Of a DNA stretch of 64,000 nucleotides, positions 1 to 12,800 are shown piece by piece. This DNA is from Tubiluchus corallicola (lineage: Eukaryota; Animalia; Priapulida): positions 62,001 through 126,000 of the forward strand of contig JAQGDQ010000265.1 of assembly GCA_030141605.1 (NCBI GenBank). Reading direction: 5' to 3'. Numbering within the stretch: position 1 is the stretch's first letter; every line of letters starts with the position of its first letter. The notes beneath the pieces are model-generated. The model searched no databases, was not told the origin of the DNA, and saw only the letters and a list, made by a program, of their open reading frames with translations. A program made the translations under genes and the position numbers.

Positions 1-660
1 ATCATCAGTATATTGCTGATGTAGTAGTTGACTTACTTTGTAGAGAGCTGTAACTGTGTTCTTGTCTTACTTCATTTGGTATTAATTCAGGATCAAGAAG
101 TTTGTAGTTGTGATCTTCTAGGTCTTTCAATGATATGACTTTGTCCTCAGTGAGAGCTATGGCAAGACATAAAGTAAAAAGTACAGGGTTTGGGCAGTCA
201 CCCTGAGGTACTCCTTTGTTTGTAGAAAATGGCTGACTCAATTTCCCTTCACACCTGACTTGAATTAATAAATTTTCTAACATTATACTTATGATGTATA
301 TTTCATCAGGTTCAAGGATTTCTTCCAGACAGCACGGCAGAGTTTTTCTCCGAACGCAATCAAAGGCCTTTGACATATTGATCATGATAATATACATTGA
401 GTAATCAGCAGAAGAGATGGCTTTTTTGGCTAGTAATTTACAGGCTTGTACTAATTCAGTAGTGTTCCGTCCTGGTTGATATGCTGCTTTGCTTGTTGGA
501 ATGTAAGTGTGTGTGACCTGTCATAGATCCTAGTCAACATACATATAGCCAAAACTTTCCTTACTAGTGTAAGCAACATCAATGGTCTAACATTTTCTAT
601 AGGACCTCGTTTCTTACCTGGCTTGGGTAAAGGGATAAGTATTCCTTTTTGAATACCCTG
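1..660 (-). mobile_element. Decayed non-LTR retrotransposon (LINE) reverse transcriptase fragment
   Basis: Minus ORF 5-397 has RT motifs NMSKAFDCV and GVPQGDCPNPVLF. Upstream minus-strand reading gives PGKKRGP-ENVRPLMLL and AAYQPGRNTTE, typical of the LINE RT N-terminal region, with frame disruptions. Continues off the window edge. Confidence 0.85.
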
Positions 661-898
661 CCTAAATATGAATGTTTTTTACTACAACCCAGTTCGAATT
701 GATTAGCTACGTAGTAATATAGATATCTATGGGCCGGCATGAGAGATGTTTAGTATTATTAATGACAGGTGTCAGTAGCCACAACGGCGGAAAATATAGT
801 TGCACAAATTTGCAAAAATAGAGCACAAAAGTATTTTGTTTGTAGTACGACAATTTAATTGGCGTAGACGTGTCGTAGGCTGGCATTAAGCTGTCACA

Positions 899-3800
899 AT
901 GCAGTTCCCACCAGAACAACTTGAATGGCTTCAGCAGTGGCGGGCTGTGCAACAGCGGCTAAAGCAGGGAAACCTCAATTCGCATGAAGCTGCAAATTAT
1001 TATCGTCAGGCATCTCGTCTTGTTCGTGTTGGAGAAGAAGCTGCAATGTATGTACTAAAATTTAATACTATTGGCTGCTACATTGAATTAAGCATTGTTT
1101 TGTATGTGCAGGGTGCCGTCGTGCCTCAAGCAGCAGACTGGTATAAATTTCTTTATCAAAATGAAATTTCTTTGCAAATATCTTAAAATTCTTATTAACA
1201 TTCTTATATTTGTGTTTTTATATGCTACACTGTTCCGACTGGTTTTATCACCCTTTTGCAACGAGGAAGGATTGGTGTAGGACTGTAGGTACATCAAAAT
1301 GTGGCCATGATGTTTTGTTAGTCAAAAGATTATAATAAAAAATCCGGTTAATCACTTTTAATTCGAAAGTTAATATTTTCTGTCACAGTTTCGCGGAATT
1401 GCCTGTAAAATCAATATAATTATAAGCCTCAATCAACAGTACTTGAAATGGTCAATATTGGTATAAATTCAGCTATGACTAGACCTCATACTATAGTGCA
1501 AACTTTCATCAGCGCAAGACTAGTTCTCGCCTCTTTTTCAGACATTATGTTTTTTAGGCATGAATGGCCAATAATATCAAGCATGTAAAATTTTTGACTC
1601 AAGTTCTTGGGCCTAAAATGCACAGAAGCTGAGTTTTTAGACAGGAACAGCTGTTTGCTGAGAAAGATTCTTAGCGTCTAAACTTGGTTTAAGCAACACA
1701 TACGTCTAATCTGAAATGAACAAAAAAGCTGGAAAGAGTAAATGAGTTAAATATTTACATATGGCCATTACAAGATTTGAATAGCTAAAAGACAATAATT
1801 AGTTAATATGTCACCGTTGAGGTAATATTAGTTGCCATGGAAGTAAGCCTACATCAGACTGTCTTAGTCTGCCTATTGTGACATGATTATTGTGACACAG
1901 CTGCCCTGACACGACTCTGAGTTGCCAAGGATCATCAGCACTTTCAGCACGTTTGCAACTCACTGGTATTACATATCACAACTCCATGTTAACTTGTAAA
2001 TAAATTTGTTGCAGAAAAAATAGCCACTTTTGAGTGTTTTTGGCCTCCCCGATCCTCCCAATGACCCCCCTTTGAAAATTAACCATCAGTGTGGTAAGTC
2101 ATTTTTCATTTGATATGTGGATCGCCAAGAATTGTGCTGTTGTTGGAGATGTGGCCTCGAATCTTGTCCAATAAGTCCTCGCTTAACGACGCTAATGCAT
2201 CGTTAGCGTAAGGCGATTTTTGCTATTAAACCAATCTCCCTAGTATTTATATTCATGAATTCATTTAATTTGGCAATATTTTACATTCAATATTAGTTCT
2301 TTACTGTTTCTCTTTTTTGTCATATTAGTTGCCATGTATTTTGTTTTTTTAAGTTGAAGGTCATCATTTTTTGAGTTTCTGTCTCCCTAAAATTCACTGC
2401 TGCTTTAATCACTGTTCCTGCAGTCCCTACTGATCACACGTCAGCCACATATAACAGGGTGCCAGTTTCTAAATCAGGGCCAAACATTGTCACTGGATGA
2501 TACTGTATATCTATTATATCGTTCATAGTTATCCCACATAGTGTTGGACCTACTGGGGTGCCCTGTCTTACATTTTCAGTTAGTTTAATACTTTTAGTAA
2601 ATCCAATAGGTGTGTTAATTTTGGCATTAGTTTCACAGTTGAGCTTATAGACTAATAATGTGTCACGAGAATTAAATCCTAATTTCCATAATTGATAAAT
2701 GCAAACTTGCAGCCATAATCGGTCAAAACACTTCAACATCACCAAATAATAAGTATAAATCTGTATTCATCATTTTATTATATTCTAATATGGCTCTTAA
2801 TGTAAAAAGGTGATCTGATGTTCCTTTATGTGTATGCGCTCCACACTGTAAGTTACTGATGTTATTGTTTAATATGTCACTGTTTCTTTTTATGCGAATC
2901 CTTTCAAACAATTTGCTAATAGCTGATATTAAGAAAATCCCTCGTCTGTTAACCAGTTCTCTCTTTGATCCGCCTCATTTATACAGCGATTTAATCACCA
3001 TTTCTTCATTAGGTATGCTATTAGGACTGGTGTATATACAGTTGAACATTTTAACAAAACTATCAATTAAGTCATATCCAGCATTCATTAATATTTCATT
3101 TTTCCAATTGTATAAATCTTTTGATTTTCTTTTTTAACGACCTAATTTCATCTACCAATTCATTTTTTGTAATTGTCTCAGAAACTTTATTACACAACAG
3201 TTTTTTCAGTTGACTTATACTTTTATTTACCATTGCTTGAATTTCAATTTCCCTTGGAGTAATAGCATTGATTGGTTTTAGCAGGTGCTCATAATAATTT
3301 TCAAACTCTTTTAGTATTGCAGCTGGGCTTCTATGAGAATTCCATCAGCATTTCTAATTGATACCATATCCTCTTTCTTTTTAACTTTAATCTTTTTGTA
3401 AAATTCCCAAAAGGCATTTGACTTTATTCCATTTTCTTGTCTAATCATCTGAACAGTTTTATTAATTTGATTAACAAATTGAAATTGCTTATATTTAAAT
3501 ATCATTTCGATAATTCTTTGTTTTAGTACTATACGCTATTTTCCGATTTTATGTTCGATTCTTGTTTCAGTAATTGTTTAATTTTTGTTTCATTAGCAGT
3601 CTAACTACTTTCAAATTATTATTTTGTTTTATCTTTCTACATGTTGTAAAACATGTATTATTAATAAGCCATTTTGTGTATTTTGATTGAATACTATCAT
3701 CGTCATCCCATATTTTGCTTAGAGCGCTTCTCTCAGTTAAGTTTTTAAACTTAATAAGATTTGCCTGATTTACTATAGGTGATGGCACATAGTGATCGTA

Positions 3801-6800
3801 AAATATCCCTTTCGGGTCCCGTGCATCCGTGACCTAACGCGTGAAAATGCGGAGAAAGGAACGAACATGGAGGTGTTTCCTTTTTACAGTTATATACTTT
3901 ATAATGCGTTTATGACAATTTATCTATGTGGTTGTTTAGCACTGCATCGTTTTATAATGATTTGTGGTGATTAACATTATGTACAGTCGAGCATCGGGTT
4001 ACCTGGCAAATCTATGGAATATTAGCAATGACGACTGGTTTTGTTGGCGTGCCGTCTCCTGTCTTGGCGAGAAGCCTTGAGAGAGTATTAGAAGATGCTC
4101 AGTATACTGGATTGCTTAATTTATCTGGTCGGAAGCTCAAGGAATATCCGAAAATTGCAACGAAGTACGATTTATCAGACACAGTGCAAGCAGTGTTGTC
4201 TAAAAATCGTCTTGTTGAATTACCGGAGGAACTCTGTGAATATAGATGTTTGGAAAATATCAGCTGTTCTTGTAACAATATCCGCTCCATCACCGACTCG
4301 ATATCTAATTTAGAGAACCTTACACGTATTAATCTCAGTTGCAACCAGTTATCGATGATTCCCCAGGCACTATGTCACCTGCCTCTTCAAGTGCTAATAG
4401 TCAGTAATAACAAACTAGTCTCTCTACCAGAAAATATAGGAATGTTAAGCAGTCTGATGGAGCTGGATGTTAGCTGTAATGAGATCTCTCACTTGCCTCC
4501 TCAACTATGTGATATAGAATCTCTAGTGGTGCTCAATGTTAGGAAAAATTTACTAATTGATATACCCAAACACATTACCAAGTTAAAATTATTAAAACTT
4601 GACATATCAGAAAATCGTATCTCTCACCTTGACCCAGCCATCCGTTTTATTGATTCATTGGTGGATTTTTCTGTGCAAAACAATCCTTTATTGTCACCTC
4701 CTGCAAATTTATGCATACGAGGTAGAGTTCACATGTTTAAGTATTTTGAAATACTAGTAGCTAGAGAAGCAAGACGGCAGGGTATACAAACTGAGCAAGA
4801 CCTAAGGCGTTCATTTCATAAATCGTCTAGCTTGCAACCTGGAAACAGTGAGACTTCTGTAAAATCGAGGTCTTTGCAGCAAGATAAACTCCAACGTCAG
4901 ATAGTTTCTACTTCTGTAGCTGATTCGGGTTATGCCACAGCTGATAATAATAGTGATAAAAGGTGGTCTAATGAGAGTGATGAAATTGTATCTGGACTGG
5001 ATAGAGATTTAACAAAGCCAGTGCATCTTGTAGCAAGCAGCCCAGCTATTCTAGATCAAGAGTCACAAGATAAATTTACTGCTGAGCTTAACAGACAGAA
5101 AGCTAAATATGAGGAGAGAAAGAAGTTGGCTGAAAAAATTAAACTCTCAATTGGAAAACAGGGTTCTAATAAATCTTCAGAATTTTCTGTAAATGATGAT
5201 GTGCCCACAAAGATGAAACAAACGGGAAGTCTCCAAAAACATGATCATATATCTGATGCAGATTATGGTGATTTTCAGAAAGAACAAAAAGAGGAACGAG
5301 AGGAGGTGCGGCATGCTGGTTTCTCTTTGCATAAAGAGCAAAAGAATTTTATCGACGAGCCATGTGGGGATAACAAAAGGCATGTTATTTTTAAGAACCA
5401 GGAAAACAAGGGACATCCATCACAAAGAGTTGTCGCTGTTTCGGTGACAAAGAAGCAAGCTAATCCAGTGCAAAAAACATCAGCAGCCAGCATTTCTCCA
5501 ATTCCAGTACCAGTTCAACATATTGTTTCAACACCGAATTGTCGATTTGTCAGCAATACTGATAAGTGTCATAAGACAGATAACCAATCTAATTCTAGTG
5601 ATTACAATGAAGAGGAAGTTAAACTGTGCAGGGAGGCATTAACATCTCAAACGCGTCATCATGCAGAGATTACACAACGGCATTTGGAGGAGACACGTCA
5701 TCGTGTAAAGCAAATTCAAAAGGATGCAGTATTAAATTATGTGCGGAGACGTAGCCCAGAAAAATCTGCCTTGAATACTACTTCCGAAAATCTTCGAAAA
5801 CGTCAAAATTCAGCTTTAAGTGACAATGTTCAGAATTCTCTTTCGATCTGTGCAAAATCCGCAACAAGTGCTTTAACTGAAAGCCTTCTAGATGGTAAGT
5901 CTGATGGAAGTTTTACAACTCAGAGGCGCATAAATAATCAGGAATCAAAGCGTAAGCAGATAGAGCAGCTTCGTCTTACTATAGAAGCAAGATTAAAAGT
6001 TTCTCTGCCAGATGACTTATCTGCTGCTTTGACAGATGGTGTTGTTTTGTGTCATTTGGCTAACCATATTTGGCCGCGATCCGTGTCTAGCATTCACGTG
6101 CCATCGCCAGCTGTGCCAAAATTGTCTTTAGCAAAATGTCGCCGAAACATTGATAGTTTTATTTCTGCTTGTCAAAAGATAGGAGTTGCAGAAGATATGC
6201 TTTGTCTGCCACAAGATATTCTGCATGGGAGAAATCTAATACAGGTTGCATTAACAGTAGAAGAAATGATTGAGTGTTCTAAACAAACAGCATGTTAAAA
6301 GTTGCAGTGGATTGCATTTTAGACTGAAGTTGTTGCAATTGCACTTGCATAACAAGTTATTGCCTGCATGACTATTATTTTTAATATTGTTTTAAAGCTC
6401 AAAGATACCTTTGTGTCAAATGGGCTTTTGTCAATGTTTCATGATTAATTTTAACATATAATCTGACAGCGAGGTACATATAAGTCGGTGTCCATTCATT
6501 GTTATTTAAACCCTGTTAATCTACCCTTTTGTGAATTTTTGTAACATTTGTACATAATGTGTACTTATGTATATAATGAATGATATATAATTTATGCAAA
6601 ACCAGTACTACGAAATTGGCCACTGGAAAAGGAATTAATGATGTCGAATTGTGATATATGCCTATTTTGCCACTGATTAATGATGTACTAATTTAAAAGG
6701 TATACTGTACTTTATTTGCTCCATATTGCATTTTAAGTAATGTACTATATAGTGTATGTGCTCTACTTTGTATCATACTTTATACAGTTATGATTGTATT

Positions 6801-9800
6801 TTAGCTCAGTCAGTTTATTTTTAAATTTAGTGGATACCTTGCTGTGCTTCTTGTCCAGTTACAAATTTAAATAATGTCAGTTTTTAAAGGAAGGGCTCAA
6901 AATTCTGCCTTTGGTTTATAATACATGTATAAAGGAGATTTTTTATTTGTTAGCTGGGAAGCACAGTCAGTAAATTGACTGGAAAAGTTGAGCTGTAATA
7001 AATTTCCGTCAATCATTTCTTTGCCTTCAAAACTGTAACTAAAGGAAAAGTCTTACAATAATGAAATTGATATCCTGTTGAAAAAACTGTAAAGTGAAAA
7101 CCGTATAGTTGTTTATAGGTTTGCTGTTTTGATGATCATAATTACTTACGTATTTAGAACATTTTTGGGAAGAACTAGACATAAATTTCTATTGTAGTTA
7201 TTAGCTTTTATACCCCATTGTTTTTATATACCTGGGTACAGATGGTTAAATTCTCTTTGTAAAATGTTAATACATTTACTGTGATGACTGATGAAGGTTC
7301 GTTTGCTTTTAAGGTTAATAAGCAAAATTTTTATGTTCGTCTAGATGTTTAGTGCTTCCTGCATTAATGCTGGGTTGTGTTTTAAAGCACATACTAACAG
7401 TGCTTTAATCGTGAGTATTACTCTACTCGGAAGAGTAAAAGTTTTGCAACACCTCGCGTTCACACATCGAGAAGCTGACCGAAACCTGTACATGCAATGA
7501 TTTGAATTATAATACCAATGGCAACTTAACTACCTTCAGTGTTGCAATTTCATAAAAATATGAATTACAACTGCACAAATGCCCAAGAACTAGTAATTGT
7601 ATATTTGTGCTTTAATTAAATTGCCTATTGTATTGACTGTTAACGTTTTCTTTTCAATTTGACTATGATAATGATTTGTATATTGAGCATAACTTAAAAT
7701 TTTCTAAATCTATTGTGCAACAACAGAGCACTTATTTAAAGTTTCTTACAAATTTTGTTTCTTTCCTTTTCCTAGTAATTACCGAACTTGCTGTTGCTTA
7801 ATTATAGATGGGCTGTTGTCTAACCTATTTACGTGACTTGAGTTTAATTGAGTCACGTAAGCGAGCAAGTTTCATGATGTCTAATCAACGGTCAGAAATT
7901 GTAATCGATTAGGTTTATTCCTGGATTGGAGAACTGCTGAGGCACTTTTATGAAAATATCCATTGTAATTTGTTCAGTCTGTAATGTAAAAATGCTTTAA
8001 TTTGATCGCAACACTGTACCTCTAAAGGCTGCATTTTTAACTTGCTGTATGCTGTTCAATTCACATGTTGGTGTAAAATTTATTGACTTTTAAAAATTGA
8101 CAAAACCTTAGTTTATGCACAGATCATTGCTTTACACTTTGGCATTTTTAATGCAATTGTGATTAGAATTGTTGTTTTAACTTTAGCATAAGCTTTATTC
8201 TGTTCGCTTTCAAATTTCAGTGTGCCTATGAGTAACACAATCGTTTATGCACAAATACACTAACTTCTGTGCTTTAAAAAATAAGACTTATATCAGACTC
8301 CACACATCGGTGAGATGAATAGAATTTTTTTTGCTCTTCAACATGAAACTCGCAGTTAATTAAAATAATCATTCATAATGAAATAGACTTACACAGTGCA
8401 TATGTGATCGTATTTCACTGGTTTTCTCTGTAGTTTTCGTGAGGGAAACTTGATTAGGTCCTACGTGTTCTCATGTTCTGATATTTGATTGTAAAATGGC
8501 TTTCCATAAGCATGCGCTGTTTACTAGTTCAAACTTCTGCAGCCTAAATAATGTTCATGCAAAAATAGCTATCTAGTTTTTTGTAAGAACTCATTATACT
8601 TTTGATGGAAATTAACAGTGCACGACTTTAATTGCACGTGGTGCTTATCACACTTAATACCTAATTCTAACATTTATTGCGAACATTGAAATAAGCCTAA
8701 GTTCCCCGAAGGGTTGGCTATGCAACATCGGTGATACCTTGGCATGGTTTTTGTTGCGCCGCCTGATATATTGCTTTATTTGATTTATTTGTGTGGTGAC
8801 ATTGTGATCGCATACAAATTATCATAACAAATGACTTCCTTTGAGTCTTGTCCTCCTGTTGACATGATGTTTCGTGCAAGAAAAGAATTGTTCTACAAGA
8901 TTATACATCATCAAATTTGCCGTAAATTCAAAATTTCTGCCATTTATAACTACAGCATATCATTTATATAATTTCACCAACCTTTGCAAAACAATACATG
9001 TTATCCGAAAAATGGTTTAATAAAGATTAACATACACTCTTACGGTCACTACTTACATGAAACGATAGAAAGGTAAACAACTGTGCAGAAGTTATGTACA
9101 ATTGCATACTTTGTGTATCTTGAGAGGAGCTAAAAACCCTCTGGAAAAGAACCGATGTTTGTTATATTTATATGCAGATATGATAATCAATATTGGTCTA
9201 TGTAACAATTTGAACAGATAAAATGTGAAGAGAATCTGAACATACCCTGTACATTCATTTTAGAGCTGTTTGAATTTTATAGCTATTTTCTTATTGCACA
9301 TTGTTTCAACGATGAAAGCTAAGTTTGTACTGTTGTCAGAAGTTAATAGCAAGATATTTTTTTGGGTTAAGCCTGTATCGTTTTTCAGGCAGTTGACATT
9401 TTGTATAGATGATTGCTAACCTCTGTATATATGTCCCTGATTTTGAGCCCCAGAATGTTGTCTGAACCTGGTTAAAAGTAACAATAAATTATCATTTTGA
9501 CAGACAATAATAGCTGGGTTATAATTATTAAATATAATCACGGTCATTTGAACTTCTGGTTTTGCTGTTCTTGGTAATAGTGAGGCATGATCTTGCACAT
9601 CTGTATTAGATCAGCATTATTTGAAGTGAATACACTGTGAAACATTGTTCAAAGTCGAAACACTACAATATTTAAAAAACATGCTTTTGTGTACGTGTGT
9701 ATCATGCATTCAGTACGGGACTAACTATTGTGTGGAAATCAGAGTTCCGGTGAATAAGAAATTATTACAAAACTAAACACACGGATTGTTACAAAAACTG

Positions 9801-12800
9801 ATTTACATCACAAATTCTGCAGAAGACTGAAAACGAATAAACTGACTTCTCTGAACTAAAGCAATAATATGTAGTGCAACATAACATTAGCTATATTAGT
9901 GGAGGAAATTGAACTAAAAACCATAATTAATGGAAGATAGAACAAGCTTCATAGTTTCGAACAAAAAAAACTTTTATAAGTTTTGAGATTTTGGATGCAA
10001 AATTTGTTGGTAGAGCGTATTTGTAACTTAATACATATGGCTGTGGTATCTAGAAAATTACCATGAGGCATCTTTGCACATGAGACAACTCTGAACCGTC
10101 ATCAGGCCTGGTGTCCAGCCCATGTCCTGATGGATGTGAAAAAAGGACGTATAAGTAAATCTAAACCATAGTTTCAATACTATGGCACCCCCAGGGGAGA
10201 CATATTTTTTTGGAACTTATTTCCCACAAAATTTGATTTTTTTCAACAGTTTTAAGTACATATTGTTTTTTTAATGTGTTGCTTTATTTTTGTAATTCAT
10301 TGATTTTTTTTATTTGTATTTTTGTAGCATCAATCAAACATCTGCTAAGAAGCTTCTCGCTGAACTGCTGAAGCAGTTTAACTTAATAAATACAATTGAC
10401 AAATTACCACAGCAGAATAATGAGGAAAAAACACCGGATCAAGGTATGCCAACATAGTTCTTCAGTTTGCTGCTTATAACATTCTGTGTTAAAAAAGAAC
10501 TTGTCATCCTTAGTTGAATTTGCCACTCAGTCTTCAGATTTCCATACATCTTCTGTCAGTGTGGTAAATACTTATGGACAGTATGGCAGAAGAAATCACC
10601 CAGAACTGATATTGAACCCATTGATCTCATATCCATTCACTGCCTAGACTCCATTCACAATTACTACTACACTGTAAAAATTTAAAATCAGTGGTTGTGT
10701 AGTTCATGTGGTGCATGTATTGCAATAGAAATATGTATTGAATGCCACTGCATCAGAACACGTATAAAATTCTACCAGAGTGATCTGATTAGGGTGGGGA
10801 TATCTATTGACATTATTCATACATTGCTGAAGTTTCATAAGTTGTAATATTGGAAAATATAATATTGACCAAATATTGCTGTGATAAAGCAGCTTGATTT
10901 GAAAGCTTTGAGAGTATGGCTGGTATTGTGTAAGCTTACTTAGGAAGTAGGAACTTCTTTAGATGTTTTGAAGTTACTTGGGACATGTCATGCATAATAA
11001 TGCACTCCCTTAACACCTGAAAATGAGTTATGGCAACTCCATTTCATCTCCTAATTTATAGAAGTTTGTTAAATTTTGTAGGTCGTTGTTTGGATGTGCG
11101 TGTTGAAAGTCACGGTCAGTTAGTTGAGCAACCCATCTCTTGCAGCACCTCTGAAATGCACGAAGAACCCAAAATTGATGTGAATAATAAGAAACTTGAT
11201 GTGCATAATGTAGTTGGTGAAGTGGAGCAATGTGAACAACCAAGTTGTAGCAAAATGCTTCAGGATAGCTCAGTTAGTAGGAGTCGTAAGCGCAAGGCAG
11301 ATGACGATGGATTTGGTAAATTGTTCAGTGAACCTGAATGAATTGGCCTTTTTGTTTTACGTTGATCAAATCTAAGTCTTTGGTTAGTTCAGCGTTCAAA
11401 CAGGTATTGACTGGGTCCTTACGCTGTGTGAACAGTCACTTTAAACATTTCTGTAGCTATCAAACAAAAGTTCATATTAAAAACTATCAAAAACAACAGC
11501 TACAAAGCATACATAGAGTGCTTTTATCATTACCATAAATTTTTTTACAAAATGTTTTTCACTTATTGGGTTATTTGTATACAGCTTGTGATGTCAAATG
11601 ATGCCTCCATGTCTATTTCAAAACCATAATGAATAGCAAATGACAGTGCTTCATTAACCAGCTAATGTAGCACTCCATCAGAGTAGTATGTACATATTTT
11701 CAGGCACTGCAGCATGAATTTGTTCGTTTTGTTAACAATTTGACTCAAATTGGTACTGTTTGTGTGGTGTAATAAAGATGTAAATTAGTGTTTCTTATTT
11801 ATCATAGTACCATTATGAATTACTTGATCACACTTGGTCTTATGGAAACTGATTATAGTCCATTTTACATGGCTATTTATCATTTCAGGTACAATATATC
11901 GAGATCAAAATTTTATTTGTTCAAATTACCAATTAAAACAAACTGTTCGAGGGGGTGATAATGAAGAAAACAAACTTAGACATGCTAGTGATGTAAAAGT
12001 AGTGGAATTGTATAACAATGAGGATGCATTGAAAGAAGAAAAACAGTCTAGCAGAGATCGGCCATATTCTGTTTTTAGAACTGCTGGAGAACAATTGGTG
12101 AGAGCAACTGCTTTAGTATGACTTCCAACTGCAAATTTTTGGGGTACTTGCTTGTGATGTGATTCTTATAAACAGATTTTTATTACCATGAAGTCGGCCT
12201 CGTTTTTACTGTAATTCGTTTTACCATTTACCCATTGTGAAGCGAACGATGCATATTTTAAATTTTCACAAAAAATTTAGCTCTGTGACACATGTAACAT
12301 TGTATCTGTTAATAGTTAGTTTATTAACATCATTTCGGGAGCAGAAAACAAAGTTTACATAGAATATTCGTGCATTATTGGTGATTGGCGTGTTTTGTCA
12401 TTTGTGGCCGAAAAAATCTCAGTAAATTAGTAACCCAATGCATAGCATTCTGAACTAGTTAATTTGTTTCATTTCTTGTATTGCCCTCTACTATTTGTTT
12501 CTTTTGGATGAGTTTATATACGTATCTGAATGGCTCTTCAGCTTTTTAGCCAATAGCAGAGAACTGTTTTCGTTCTCTGTGGAACCTGTTCTTTGCCGGC
12601 ATTAAGCACGTTCGAGCGAAAATGTTTTGTGTTTCGTTTGTCATTAGACTAATCTTAAAGAACTAGGCTCGGAACTGTCATGCTTACGATGAAAACAAAA
12701 CGAGCTAATTAACAGAAATCATCAACAGCTTTTTGGCTACCATTTTTTAGTGTGCACATCGATTTATATGTGTGCACAATTTTAAACAAATAACGAACAA

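Noticed and set aside
899-1186. ORF 899-1186 as a stand-alone 95-aa gene
   Set aside because: Its first 50 codons are the fidgetin-type N-terminus and splice in phase to 10328. The remainder is intron or micro-exon read-through.
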